A program made the position numbers and the translations under genes. The notes beneath the pieces are model-generated. The model worked only from the letters and a program-made list of their open reading frames with translations. It was not told where the DNA came from and searched no databases. A stretch of DNA of 64,000 nucleotides from Azolla caroliniana (Eukaryota > Plantae > Polypodiophyta): contig JBHGNT010000001.1 of assembly GCA_043228905.1 (NCBI GenBank), forward strand, positions 19,902,001-19,966,000, given 5' to 3'. Shown here in pieces: positions 36,577 through 47,763 of the stretch (positions are counted from its first letter, which is position 1; every line of letters begins with the position of its first letter).

Positions 36577-37179
36577 TGTTGGGATTACGGTCCCTTCGGA
36601 TGGGATGGTCGGATGTCGGAGATGAATGCCGACGAGCCCGGTTTCGGTTTCGGAACCGGATGATGAAGACCCCGGCTTCGGAGCCGGATGACGAATGTAC
36701 CCGGAGAGAGATCCGGATGCGGGGACATATCCGTGAATATGTTTGCTAAGGGCCCTTGAGGCCATAGTTGTAAATAGCCCCAAAGTCATATGTGTATAAA
36801 TATGACTTAGGGCAAACAGTCTTAATGTTGTTACTCATTTTTCTGTTTTCACTTAGAGGGAGCGAAGTGAGAGCAGCCGAGAGAGAGAGAGAGAGAGCGA
36901 AAGGAAGAGGTCGACGCCTCTGTGTAATACCGCCGCCTGTGGCGAGGACAACGAGCTCAAGGTCGTCGCCTTGCAGCTCGCCATTGTACATTCCCTGCGT
37001 ATAGTGATAGTTGGAGTCTCGCACTCCCGTGGTTTTTCCCGTCTAGGGTTTTCCACGTTAATCCCTGTGTATTCGTGTTTTTTTTCTCTCTCTGTGGTTC
37101 CTATTTTCTGCTGCATTGATTCGCGCTTACTCGGTGTGGCCGAGCGGTGAAGGCGAATCGGAGAGGCGATTTCTCAACA
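36577..37179 (+). repeat. 5' LTR of the intact copia B element
   Basis: Differs from the 3' LTR by 4 transitions and one 1-bp indel (read by eye). Confidence 0.98.
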
Positions 37180-37182
37180 AAC

Positions 37183-37194
37183 TGGTATCAGAGC
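37183..37194 (+). promoter_or_regulatory. PBS for tRNA-iMet
   Basis: TGGTATCAGAGC, 3 nt after the LTR. Confidence 0.95.
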
Positions 37195-37209
37195 GAGCTG
37201 CTGCAGAAA

Positions 37210-40200
37210 ATGGAAGGCGGCGGCAGCGGGCAGCCGGGGATGATGGTGCTGGATGCGCAGAATTACGCCGACTGGAAGATCAAGATGGAGGATCTTCTGA
37301 TTGTTCGGGACCTGTACGAACCGATTGACAGGTCGGAAATACCGAAGGGGGTACTTGAGTCGGAATGGAGGCTTCTGAACCGGAAAGCCGTTGCAACCAT
37401 TCGGCAATACGTAGACGTGAGCGTTCTACAACATGTGGCGAACGACATCAACGCATATGAGATGTGGCGGAAACTGTCGGGCCTCTACGAGAGGAAGAAT
37501 GCGTTGAACCGGACCTCCCTGATGAGGAAGATAGTGAACCTCAAGTACCGGGACGGCGAGAGTATGGTGGAACACGTAAGCACGTTCATGGGATTCGTGA
37601 ACCAGCTTGCGGCGATCAAGTTCCCGCTGGAGGATGCAATGCAAGCCATCATTCTGATGTGTACATTGCCGGAAAGCTGGGAGAACTTGGTGGTGACTCT
37701 CAGCACCTCCTGCACTGAAGATAACTTGTCCCTACAAACGGTAAAGACAAGTATTTTGAACGAAGAAGTGCGTCGGAGAGATAAAGAACCGGCCTCCGAC
37801 TCGAAGGCGCTGCTTACCGAATCGGAACGGGGAAGACAATGGAACCGGAGTCCGCAAAGACGGGAGAAGTCGGGGACCCGGTCGCAGTCAAGAGGAAGAC
37901 CCACATGCTTCCACTGTGGGAAGCCGGGGCACTTCCGAAAGAATTGTCGGCATTACCGAAAGGACATCGGAGCCGACGACACCGATTCGAAGAAGTCACC
38001 GGAGAGAAACGGTGCATACCGGGGAGCCACGGACCGGAGAGGTCCGGATCGGCGAGGGCAGGACCGGAAAGGAACGACGGCACTCGCGGCAAGTGAGGAA
38101 GAAATCAAGCTCATCACCGAAGAAGGTGAACTAAACATTGCCGGCGATGAGACGACCTGGGTGGTCGATTCCGGAGCATCGTTCCACCTGACCCCGGAGA
38201 GAAGATATTTCTCATCCTACACAGTCGGTGAGCATGGCTGTGTTCGGATGGGAAATGAAGGTACGTGCCGGATTGCCGGCATAGGAGACGTGTGGTTGAC
38301 AACCTCGACCGGATGCAAAATGCTGCTGAAGGATGTCCGACACGTTCCGGAGGTTCGATTGAACCTGATTTCGGCCGGGAGGCTAGACGATGAAGGCTAC
38401 TCAGGTAGCATCCGGAACGGCGTAATGAAGTTCAGCAAGGGGAGCCTGATAGTGGCTCGGGCCCGGAAAGTCAACACACTGTACCTTATGAATGCCTGGT
38501 TGTGTCCGGAAGAGTTGAACGTGGCAGCCGACACTGCCGGTGAGCTGTGGCACAAGAGACTGTGCCACATGAGTGAGAAGGGGATGAAGAGGCTTGCAGA
38601 AGACAACCTTATTCCAGTGAAGCATGTGCACCTGGAGAAGTGCACCGATTGCCTGGCCGGTAAGCAGAACCGAACCTCCTTCCACTCAAGGCCACCGACG
38701 AGACGTAGCGCACCATTGGAGTTGGTGCACACTGATGTGTGTCAGGTAGAAACGAAGTCACATGGCGGAGCCCAGTACTTCGTAACATTCATTGATGATC
38801 ACAGCCGGAAGCTGTGGACGGCACCGTTGAAGACAAAGGACCAAGTGTTGTGCGTCTTCAAAGAACTCCACGCGAGAGTGGAAAGGGAATCCGGCAAGAA
38901 GCTGAAAGCGATACGAGCGGATAACGGAGGGGAATACCGGGGGCAGTTCGCGGAGTACTGTCGCTCGAAGGGAATCCGGCTCGAGTTTACTGTGCCGAAG
39001 ACGCCGGAACTGAACGGGCTGGCCGAGAGGATGAACCGGACCATAATGGAGAGGGTCCGGAGTATGCTGGCGCATGCGAAATTACCCAAGGGGTTTTGGG
39101 TTGAGGCAATGTCGACGGCGACATACGTGATAAACAGATCACCCTCAGTACCTTTGGACGGAGACACGCCGCAGAGAGTGTGGACCGGTAGGGAAGTATC
39201 CTACCGGCATCTGAAGGTGTTCGGGTGTCTCGCATATGTGCATGTGGCTAAGGACCGGAGAGGAAAGCTAGATCCAAAGACCCGGCCATGCATATTCCTC
39301 GGTTACGGCGATGACGAGTTCGGCTACCGAGTATGGGACCCGGTCGACAAGAAGATATTCCGGAGTCGTGATATCATCTTCATGGAGAACAAGACACTCG
39401 CCGACTGGGAGTCGGAGAAGAAGGTGAAGAGCTCCAAGTCGACCGGTGAGAATCAACTCTACGAAGAGCAGTCCCGACCGGCAAGGGACCGGTTAGCACT
39501 CGAGGATCCGGCTGAAGACGGTGAAGAAACAGAACCGGCTGAGGAAGATGAAACTGATACCGGAACCGGCCCCGATCCCGAAATGGATTCGGATGAAGAG
39601 GAAACAGAGGAGCCGGTTACCGAAGCTCCGGATCGGAGATATCCTCTAAGAGAGAGAAGGGCCCCCCGGAGATTTCCGGAACCAGAGCACGTGCTGCTAA
39701 CCGACGAGGGGGAGCCGGAGAGCTTTGAAGAAGCAAAGCATGACACCCAGAGCCGCAGGTGGTTGAGTGCCATGCAGGACGAGATGGATTCCCTGCATGA
39801 GAACCACACATATGAACTTGTGGAGTTGCCGAAAGGAAAGCGGGCACTTCGAAACAAGTGGGTGTTCAAGCTGAAACCAGGAGATGCCGGAAACCCCCCG
39901 AGATACAAAGCCAGGATCGTGGTCAAGGGGTTTCAGCAGAAGAAGGGCGTCGACTTCGCCGAGATATTTGCCCCGGTAGTGAAGATGACCTCCATCCGAA
40001 CGGTGCTGAGCATAGCGGCAAGCATGGACCTCGAGGTAGAAAAGATGGACGTGAAGACGGCATTCCTTCACGGTGACCTCGAAGAAGAGATCTACATGCA
40101 GCAACCGGAAGGATTCGAGAAGAAAGGGAAGGAGCACCTGGTATGCCGGTTAAAGAAGAGCCTTTACGGACTGAAGCAGGCTCCCCGGCAATGGTACCGG

Positions 40201-41283
40201 AAGTTCGACTCTTTCATGACCGACGAAGGGTACCTCAAAACGCAGTCCGACCACTGCGTGTTTGTGAAGAAGTTCGAAGGAGGGGACTTTCTAATACTCC
40301 TCCTGTACGTAGACGACATGCTGATCGTCGGACGGGACCAGGTCAAGATACGGATGCTGAAGAAGGCTCTTCACCGAACCTTCTCAATGAAGGACTTGGG
40401 TCCGGCGAGACAAATACTAGGGATGCACATCATCCGGGACCGGAGCAAGAAGCAGTTGTGGCTGTCACAGGAGAAGTACGTGACAAATGTGCTTAAACGG
40501 TTCAACATGTCGGAAGCAAGACCGGTCGGATCGACCCTCCCGACAAACTACAAGCTGTCCAGCAAGCAAAGCCCCAAGACAAAGGCTGAGAAGGAGGACA
40601 TGATGAAAGTGCCATATGCCTCTGCCGTCGGAAGCTTGATGTACGCAATGGTGTGTACAAGACCGTACATTGGATACGCAGTCGGAGTGGTGAGCCGGTA
40701 CATGAGCAATCCCGGCAAAGAGCATTGGAACGCGGCCAAGTGGATACTCCGATACCTGAAGGGCACGGCAAACGTGTGCCTCCGATTCGGCTCCGGTAAG
40801 CCCGAACTCGACGGCTTCACCGATTCGGATATGTCGGCTGATGCAAATACCAGCCGGTCCACATCCGGGTATGTGATGACGTATGCAGGGGGAGCTGTTT
40901 CATGGCAGTCGAGGCTGCAGAAGACGGTTGCGTTGTCAACCACGGAGGCGGAGTACATGGCGGCTGTTGAAGCCGGCAAGGAAATAATATGGATGAAGGA
41001 CTTCATTAGAGAGCTCGGTATCCGGCAGGAGGAGTACCGACTCTACTGCGACAGTCAGAGTGCAATCCACCTTGCGAAGAACGCGGCCTATCACTCCCGG
41101 ACGAAGCACATCCAACGAAGATATCACTGGATCCGGGAAAGAATAGAAGATAAGGAGTTCGTGCTGACGAAGGTCCACACGGACGAGAACGGGTCGGATA
41201 TGTTGACCAAGGTGCTCACACCCGACAAGCTGGAAGCATGCCGGAAGAGGATCGGATTGGAAAGACATCCCATGCCGAAGTGA
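37210..41283 (+). CDS. Copia Gag-Pol polyprotein, 1357 aa (gag-PR-INT-RT-RH)
   Basis: First ATG after the PBS; CFHCGKPGHFRKNC, WVVDSGAS, HHCC and DDE (VHTD, RADNGGE, AERMN), LLYVDD, RH FTDSD/TEAEY/CDSQSA/SDMLTK. Confidence 0.96.
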   Translation: MEGGGSGQPGMMVLDAQNYADWKIKMEDLLIVRDLYEPIDRSEIPKGVLESEWRLLNRKAVATIRQYVDVSVLQHVANDINAYEMWRKLSGLYERKNALNRTSLMRKIVNLKYRDGESMVEHVSTFMGFVNQLAAIKFPLEDAMQAIILMCTLPESWENLVVTLSTSCTEDNLSLQTVKTSILNEEVRRRDKEPASDSKALLTESERGRQWNRSPQRREKSGTRSQSRGRPTCFHCGKPGHFRKNCRHYRKDIGADDTDSKKSPERNGAYRGATDRRGPDRRGQDRKGTTALAASEEEIKLITEEGELNIAGDETTWVVDSGASFHLTPERRYFSSYTVGEHGCVRMGNEGTCRIAGIGDVWLTTSTGCKMLLKDVRHVPEVRLNLISAGRLDDEGYSGSIRNGVMKFSKGSLIVARARKVNTLYLMNAWLCPEELNVAADTAGELWHKRLCHMSEKGMKRLAEDNLIPVKHVHLEKCTDCLAGKQNRTSFHSRPPTRRSAPLELVHTDVCQVETKSHGGAQYFVTFIDDHSRKLWTAPLKTKDQVLCVFKELHARVERESGKKLKAIRADNGGEYRGQFAEYCRSKGIRLEFTVPKTPELNGLAERMNRTIMERVRSMLAHAKLPKGFWVEAMSTATYVINRSPSVPLDGDTPQRVWTGREVSYRHLKVFGCLAYVHVAKDRRGKLDPKTRPCIFLGYGDDEFGYRVWDPVDKKIFRSRDIIFMENKTLADWESEKKVKSSKSTGENQLYEEQSRPARDRLALEDPAEDGEETEPAEEDETDTGTGPDPEMDSDEEETEEPVTEAPDRRYPLRERRAPRRFPEPEHVLLTDEGEPESFEEAKHDTQSRRWLSAMQDEMDSLHENHTYELVELPKGKRALRNKWVFKLKPGDAGNPPRYKARIVVKGFQQKKGVDFAEIFAPVVKMTSIRTVLSIAASMDLEVEKMDVKTAFLHGDLEEEIYMQQPEGFEKKGKEHLVCRLKKSLYGLKQAPRQWYRKFDSFMTDEGYLKTQSDHCVFVKKFEGGDFLILLLYVDDMLIVGRDQVKIRMLKKALHRTFSMKDLGPARQILGMHIIRDRSKKQLWLSQEKYVTNVLKRFNMSEARPVGSTLPTNYKLSSKQSPKTKAEKEDMMKVPYASAVGSLMYAMVCTRPYIGYAVGVVSRYMSNPGKEHWNAAKWILRYLKGTANVCLRFGSGKPELDGFTDSDMSADANTSRSTSGYVMTYAGGAVSWQSRLQKTVALSTTEAEYMAAVEAGKEIIWMKDFIRELGIRQEEYRLYCDSQSAIHLAKNAAYHSRTKHIQRRYHWIRERIEDKEFVLTKVHTDENGSDMLTKVLTPDKLEACRKRIGLERHPMPK

Positions 41284-41293
41284 AGGGGGAGTT

Positions 41294-41897
41294 TGTTGGG
41301 ATTACGGTCCCTTCGGATGGGATGGTCGGATGTCGGAGATGAATGCCGACGAGCCCGGTTTCGGTTTCGGAACCGGATGATGAAGACCCCGGCTTCGGAG
41401 CCGGATGACGAATGTACCCGGAGAGAGATCCGGATGCGGGGACATATCCGTGAATATGTTTGCTAAGGGCCCTTGAGGCCATAGTTGTAAATAGCCCCAA
41501 AGTCATATGTGTATAAATATGACTTAGGGCAAACAGTCTTAATGTTGTTACTCATTTTTCTGTTTTCACTTAGAGGGAGCGAAGTGAGAGCAGCCGAGAG
41601 AGAGAGAGAGAGAGCGAAAGGAAGAGGTCGACGCCTCTGTGTAATACTGCCGCCTGTGGCGAGGACAGCGAGCTCAAGGTCGTCGCCTTGCAACTCGCCA
41701 TTGTACATTCCCTGCATATAGTGATAGTTGGAGTCTCGCACTCCCGTGGTTTTTCCCGTCTAGGGTTTTCCACGTTAATCCCTGTGTATTCGTGTTTTTT
41801 TTCTCTCTCTGTGGTTCCTATTTTCTGCTGCATTGATTCGCGCTTACTCGGTTGTGGCCGAGCGGTGAAGGCGAATCGGAGAGGCGATTTCTCAACA
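41294..41897 (+). repeat. 3' LTR of the intact copia B element
   Basis: Direct repeat of 36577-37179. Confidence 0.98.
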
Positions 41898-42205
41898 AAA
41901 GGGACTTTTTCAACCAGCAGACCGCCAATGTGTTCAGTCTGGAGTGAAATCCGGGAGGTTGTACCATGTACACCTATTCCTCAAGCTTGCCTTGCAGGAA
42001 CACATTCTTGACATCCATCTGATGTAAATTCCACCCCTTCATCACAGCTACCGCAAGCAAAACACGGACGGTCGCCATCTTTGCGACCGGCGCAAACGTC
42101 TCATCGTAGTCAATGTCGTGTTGCTGCGCGTAGCCTTTTGCTACTAACCGAGCCTTTTATTGGTTGACCAAGTCGTCGGTGTTGTACTTGACCTTGTACA
42201 CCCAC

Positions 42206-45091
42206 TGTCAGGAATACATGCTCCCTAAGCACAACGCTCGGCCACAACCGAGTCTAGGATCAAACACAGAAAACGGGTAAGGTACACACGACACAATGAA
42301 GAGAAGATTACACAGTATGTTTACGTGGAAAACCCAAACTAGGGAAAAACCACGGCAACCCACATACTGCAAACTATCACTATATCACAATGTACAATAG
42401 TAAAGCACCAAGGCAACAACCTCAAGCTTGCTATCTTCGCCATAGGCGGCGGTTACAACAGAGGCAACGACCTCTTCCTCTCTCTCTCTCTCTCTCTCTC
42501 TATACACACTTACGCATTCAAATCTTGCACCAACAAGAATGACAACAACAACTATCACTAAGTTTGGCCACTGTCATATTTATACTAATATGACTTTTTG
42601 GCTATTTACAAATATAGCCCCATTGGACTCTCAGAAAACATATTTACGAATATGTCCCTTCATCCGGTGAGCGCTTCTCATCGGGCCTTCGCCATCCGGC
42701 TCTTGTCGGGTACTCGTCATCCGGTTCTCCCCGGGTCTTCCGTTGCCGGGTACTCGTCATCCGGTTCTCACCGGGTCTTTCGTTGTCGGGTACTCCACAT
42801 CCGGTTTCAGCCTCGGCCGAGTTTGCTCATCAACATTGTTTTTCTCACTTCCCATCTGGAGGGACCTGTTTCCTAACAAACTCCCCCTTCACTCTGGCAT
42901 GGGATGTCTTACTAGTCTGATCCTCTTCCGACATACATCCAACTTGTCGGGTATTAGTACTTTGGTCAGCATATCGGACCCGTTCTCGGTCGTGTGGATC
43001 TTCATCAGCACGAACTCTCGATCTTCTACTCGCTCCTGGATCTAGTGATACCTACGCTGGATGTGCTTTGTCCTGGAGTGGTAAGCTGCGTTCTTAGCAA
43101 GGTGGCTGGCACTTTGACTGTCGCAATAGAGCCGGTATTCATCTTGCCGGATACCGAGCTCTCCGATGAAGTCCTTCATCAATAGTATTTCCTTTCCGGA
43201 TTCCACAACTGCCATGTACTCCGCTTCCGTGGTTGACAACGCAACCGTCTTCTGCAGCCTCGACTGCCACGAAACAGCTCCCCCTGCATATGTCATTACA
43301 TACCCGGATGTAGACCGGCTGGTATCCACATCAGCCGACATATCCGAATCGGTAAAATCGTCAAGTTGAGGTTTACCGGAGCCAAATCAGAGACACATAT
43401 TCAAAGTGCCCTTCAAGTACCGGAGTATCCATTTGACCGCGTTCCAGTGCTCCTTGTCGGGATTGCTCATAAACCGGCTCACCACTCTGACTGCGTATCC
43501 TATATCCGGTCGGGTACACACCATTGCGTACATTAAGCTCCCGACAACAGAGGCATATGGAACCTTCATCATATCAGCCTTCTCTGCTTTCGTCTTCGGG
43601 CTTTGCTTACCGGATAATCTGCTGGAACCCCTTCACCACGATCCTGGCTTTGTATCTCGGGGGGTTGCCGGCATCTCCCGGTTTCAACTTGTACACCCAC
43701 TTATTTTGGAGTGCCCACTTTCCTTTTGGCAACTCCACCAATTCGTATGTATGGTTCTCATGGGGGAATCCATCTCATCCTGCATGGCACTTAACCATTT
43801 GTGGCTGTTGGTGTCATCCTTCGCTTCTTCAAAGCTTTCTAGCTCTCCCTCATCGGTCAGCAGGACATGCTCTGCATCCGGAAATCTCAGGGGGGCCCTT
43901 CTCTCTCTGAGAGGATATCTCCGTCTTTGGTTTTCGGCAACCGGTTCCACTATTTGTTCTTCATCCGAATCTGATTCGGGGTCTTGGCCAGTTCCGATTT
44001 CAGCTTCCTCTACTTGTTCTTCTGCCGGTTCTGTATTCTCACCGTAACTGGCTCGTTCCTCGAGTGTCGACCGGCTCTTAGCCGGGTGTGTCTGAATCTC
44101 ATCGGAGTTCATTATCTTCTTTTCCGACTCCTAGTCGGCAAGAGTCTTGTCCTCCATGAAGATAATATCTCGATTCCAGAAAGCCTTCTTGTCAACCGGA
44201 TCGCACACTCGGTAGCCGAACTCATCATCGCCGTATCCGAGGAATATGCATGGCCGGGTCTTTGGATCCAACTTTCCTCTCCGGTCCTTAGCAACATGCA
44301 CGTATAGGAGACACCCGAACACCTTCAGATGCCGGTAGGACATTTCCTTACCGGTCCACACCTTTTGCGGTGTGTCTCCATCCAAGGGTACTGGGGGTGA
44401 TCTGTTTATCACATACGTCGCTGTCAACAGCACCTCAGCCCAAAACGTCTTGGGTAATTTTGCATGCCCCAGCATTCTCCAGACCCTTTCCATTATGGTC
44501 CGGTTCATCCTCTCGGCCAGCCCGTTTAGTTCCGGCGTCTTCGACACGGTAAATTCGAGCCGGATTCCCTTCGAGCGACAGTACTCCTCGAACTGCCCCC
44601 GGTATTAACCTCCGTTATCTACTCGAACCGCCTTCAGCTTCTGGCCGGTTTCTCTTTCCACTCTCGCATGGAGCTCTTTGAAGACGGATAGCACCTGATC
44701 CTTCGTCTTCAACGGTGTGACCCACAGCTTCCGGTTGTGGTCATCTATGAACGTCACGAAGTACTGCGATCCGGCATGTGACTTCGTGTCCAATTGACAT
44801 ACATTAGTATGCACTAACTCCAATGGTGCATTACATCTCATCAGTGGCCTCGATCGGAAGGAGGTCCGGTTTTGTTTACCGGCCAGACAATCAGTGCACT
44901 TCTCCAAGTGCACGTTCTTCACTGGAATGAGGTTGTCGTCTGCAAGCCTCTTCATCCCCTTCTCACTCATGTGACACAGCCTCTTGTGCCACAGCTCACC
45001 GGCAGTGTCGAAAACCATGTTCACTTCTTCCGGGCATAATCGGGCATTCATCAGGTATAACGTGTTTACCTTCCGGGCCCGAGCCACAATC
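42206..45091 (-). mobile_element. Copia family B copy 2; 5'-truncated, RT core deleted
   Basis: 3' LTR 42206-42878; PPT 42881-42890; RH and INT highly similar to the intact copy; deletion junction near 43622. Confidence 0.9.
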
Positions 45092-46919
45092 ACGCTCCCA
45101 AGATGCGTAGTTGTTTTGGAGAGCTAGCCATGCCTCCATCATCAAGGGATGCTTGCCATCATCCCTTGATTTCAGAAGCAAGAGTATATGATATGAACAT
45201 GATTTATATTAAGGGAACATGATTTTACCAACTTTACAATGCTTGATAGCAAGATGAAACCTTTCTCTACCGACTCTTGATTTGAACCCTTGACTTCAAC
45301 ACCGAGAGACAAGACACTTCCCCAAATGAGCTAGCTTCTTTTCTTGATTATATTATTAGATTTCTTACCTTTTCTTCTTGATTGATTACCTTGTTTTCCC
45401 TTGATTCATCCTTTAATTCCTTGCCTCTCTTTATAGGTTCTCTCATGCATATGATGATATGAGGGGTGGATGGCATGCATGTAATGCATGTGATGCATGA
45501 TTTCCATTTGGCGCACATGCATTACATGTGATGCATGATAGTGATCATGCTCATCTAAGCTCTAATGTATGAAGTTACACATGTCATAAGTATGATGATA
45601 AACATATAATTATAAAAAATAATTTATCCTAATGGAATATACCTTGTCCTTGGTGTGTGAGGTTATGGGTTTGCGTCTCTCAAATGTTACTTAATACAGT
45701 GTTGGAGTTGATTTTTATATCGTGAAGCAAATCCTTCACAACATCGCTGCTATTGCGTGCCGACCCACCTCGTTTCCACGCCCATAGGGCCGATCCGCAT
45801 CTGGTTTTCTTCGACCATGAGCATCGATTGCAGGTCGAAGAAGGACTGTGGCTTATCCATGGTTCAAATTGTCATCCGGATTGGTCAGTACCGATGTGCT
45901 AGACCTAAGACCACTGAGGCAGATCTGGAGCATCTCGTCCTCGTTCTCCGTCACGTTGATGGACCCGAGCATGTCGCATATCTCCTTGATCTTGGTGGTG
46001 TAATCGGTGACCGATATGTTCCGCTGATAGATACTGTTCAGCTCTTGCGAAAGCTGCAACTTTTGAGTCGTTGTACTTGTGGCGAAAATATTACGGAGAT
46101 TTTCCCAGGCCTCCTTCAGCGTTTTTGCATGCCTGATGTACCCAAGCATTTGGTCATGCACACAAGACACGAGACAGTACAATAATTTGCTCACTCCTTG
46201 GTCCCACACCGGGAAGTCCTTGTGTGGTAAATCCGGCGCTGCTACATTTTCTCCTTCCATGTAGCTCCAATATCCATGCCCCAATAGGTACTGGTGCATT
46301 TTATACGACCAGGACGCATAATTGCTCTAGTCGAGCTTTTCTATAGGACGCGAGCTCACCATGCTTTTGTCCATTCTAAGTTTTTTTTACTGTTCTTTAC
46401 CAAGTATTAGGGTCTGTCTTCAAAAATCGCTTGTTGGCAACAGAGGTTCTCAACCCTCGCACTCTAATACCATGTTAAAGTAAAAATGTGGAAGCTAAGA
46501 CAAAACCGGAGACAAAACTGGCTCAGCCGAACAACAACAGAATACAGACAGGTTTAATGGAACCTTAAAAACTACACGGGAGAGACAGAGAGAGCAAAAC
46601 AGTAAAACTCAATTCAAAATAATAACACTCTGTACATAAAAATGTGCTCAATGGGCACTTTTATACAAGTCCTCACACAAACTGATAGAAGTACTGACAT
46701 GTACTTCAATGCTCATACGAGCGACTAACACTAACTCCCAAAAATATGCCTACGTACTAGGCTAGATTCATAGGCCTCTAACGACCTACCAGTTACAATC
46801 CGATTCGGCTCATGGTTCCGAACACCATGCAGACACCGATCCGGTTCTCCGTCCCGAATACCGATCCGGCTCTGGCTTATTCAGCCGATACGGCTCCAGT
46901 TGAGCTTGTCCGCTGAACA

Positions 46920-47312
46920 CGGACTTGGTGCAGGGTGATAGTATTTCCATTTGGCAATTGGATGGGGACCTCTCTGATCCCTGCGATTGTGCACTCCTAC
47001 TCGTTGCCTAGTCGGGTTGTGCCATTGGCTCCGGCTGAATAGTTTGAAAACCATTCGATATTCGGGGTCAAGTGAAATGTGGCACCGAAGTCCAGTAGCC
47101 AGAATCGTGTCTTGCACACTGTATTTGACTTCTTCAATCATTCATTCCTCCAAAGACTGAATCTCACCTAATCGGAAATGAAGAACAATGATTTGATTTT
47201 CGTCTGGAGAATGGTTCGAGTCAGATCGTCTTGAGTTCCGCACGAATCGCCGCCCGTTCTCCTTCCTCTTGAATGACCAGCAGTCGAAAACATTGTGACT
47301 AATTTTTTTGCG
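46920..47312 (-). pseudogene. Copia family C fragment (nucleocapsid to protease)
   Basis: Minus strand reads ...TPNIEWFSNYSAGANGTTRLGN...TITLHQV, homologous to 22620-23015. Confidence 0.8.
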
Positions 47313-47763
47313 ATTCATTTCCAATTCATTTCCGTTCTTGGCTGAATTGGTTGTCTCCAATTCGTCTTCTGTCTTCAGGCCCTTTGTTGGGAAATCGGTC
47401 CCTCCGGATTGGACCCGGTGATGAATGAAGAGAACCTAGTGAGAACCGAAAGAGATTCGGAAACCGGAGGAGACTCAGTGAGAACTGGAAGAGAGACATA
47501 TCTGTAAATATGTTTTGAGCAAGCCTATTGAGGCTATATTTGTAAATAGCCCTAAGTTCATATAGGTATAAATATAACTTAGGGCAATCACAATATGTGT
47601 GTGTTGTTATTTTTGTTGTTACATTGTTGTACAGAGAGAGAGCGACAAAGAGAGAGTGTAAGATATAGAGAAATACTCTATTGTAACCCCTGATTGCCGA
47701 AGAAACAGAGCTCGAGGTCAATGCCTCCAAGTCTTTGATTGTACCCTTTTTTTTCTTCATAGT

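Larger units (their letters stand above)
36577..41897 (+). mobile_element. Intact Ty1/copia element, family B (Tnt1/Tork-like)
   Basis: LTRs 36577-37179 and 41294-41897; TSD AAAGG; PBS 37183-37194; PPT GAAGGGGGAG 41282-41291; single uninterrupted ORF. Confidence 0.98.
34602..42205 (-). mobile_element. Copia family A copy 5 (3' half: LTR, PPT, extension, RH, RT); hosts two family B elements
   Basis: 3' LTR 34602-35040; PPT 35041-35051; RH KNPVFHARTNHIEVHYHF; RT continues at 41903-42205 after the AAAGG TSD. Confidence 0.88.
32729..45743 (-). mobile_element. Gypsy element with AT-rich LTRs; only gag/protease left internally; hosts copia A copy 5
   Basis: 3' LTR 32729-33442 and partial 5' LTR about 45165-45743 share long homology (both end gtgaagcaaatccttcacRaca); PPT 33443-33453; HWARATTE...LIDHGSEIN protease. 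Confidence 0.8.
28972..46919 (-). mobile_element. Copia family A copy 4, 3'-truncated; hosts a solo LTR and the 32729-45743 nest
   Basis: 5' LTR 46473-46919; degenerate PBS 46461-46472; gag 45744-46375 continues at 32728; PR, INT, RT and RH fragments down to 28972. Confidence 0.85.

Noticed and set aside
37147-37209. GTG start giving a 1378-aa protein
   Set aside because: It lies in the LTR and PBS; the first ATG after the PBS is at 37210.
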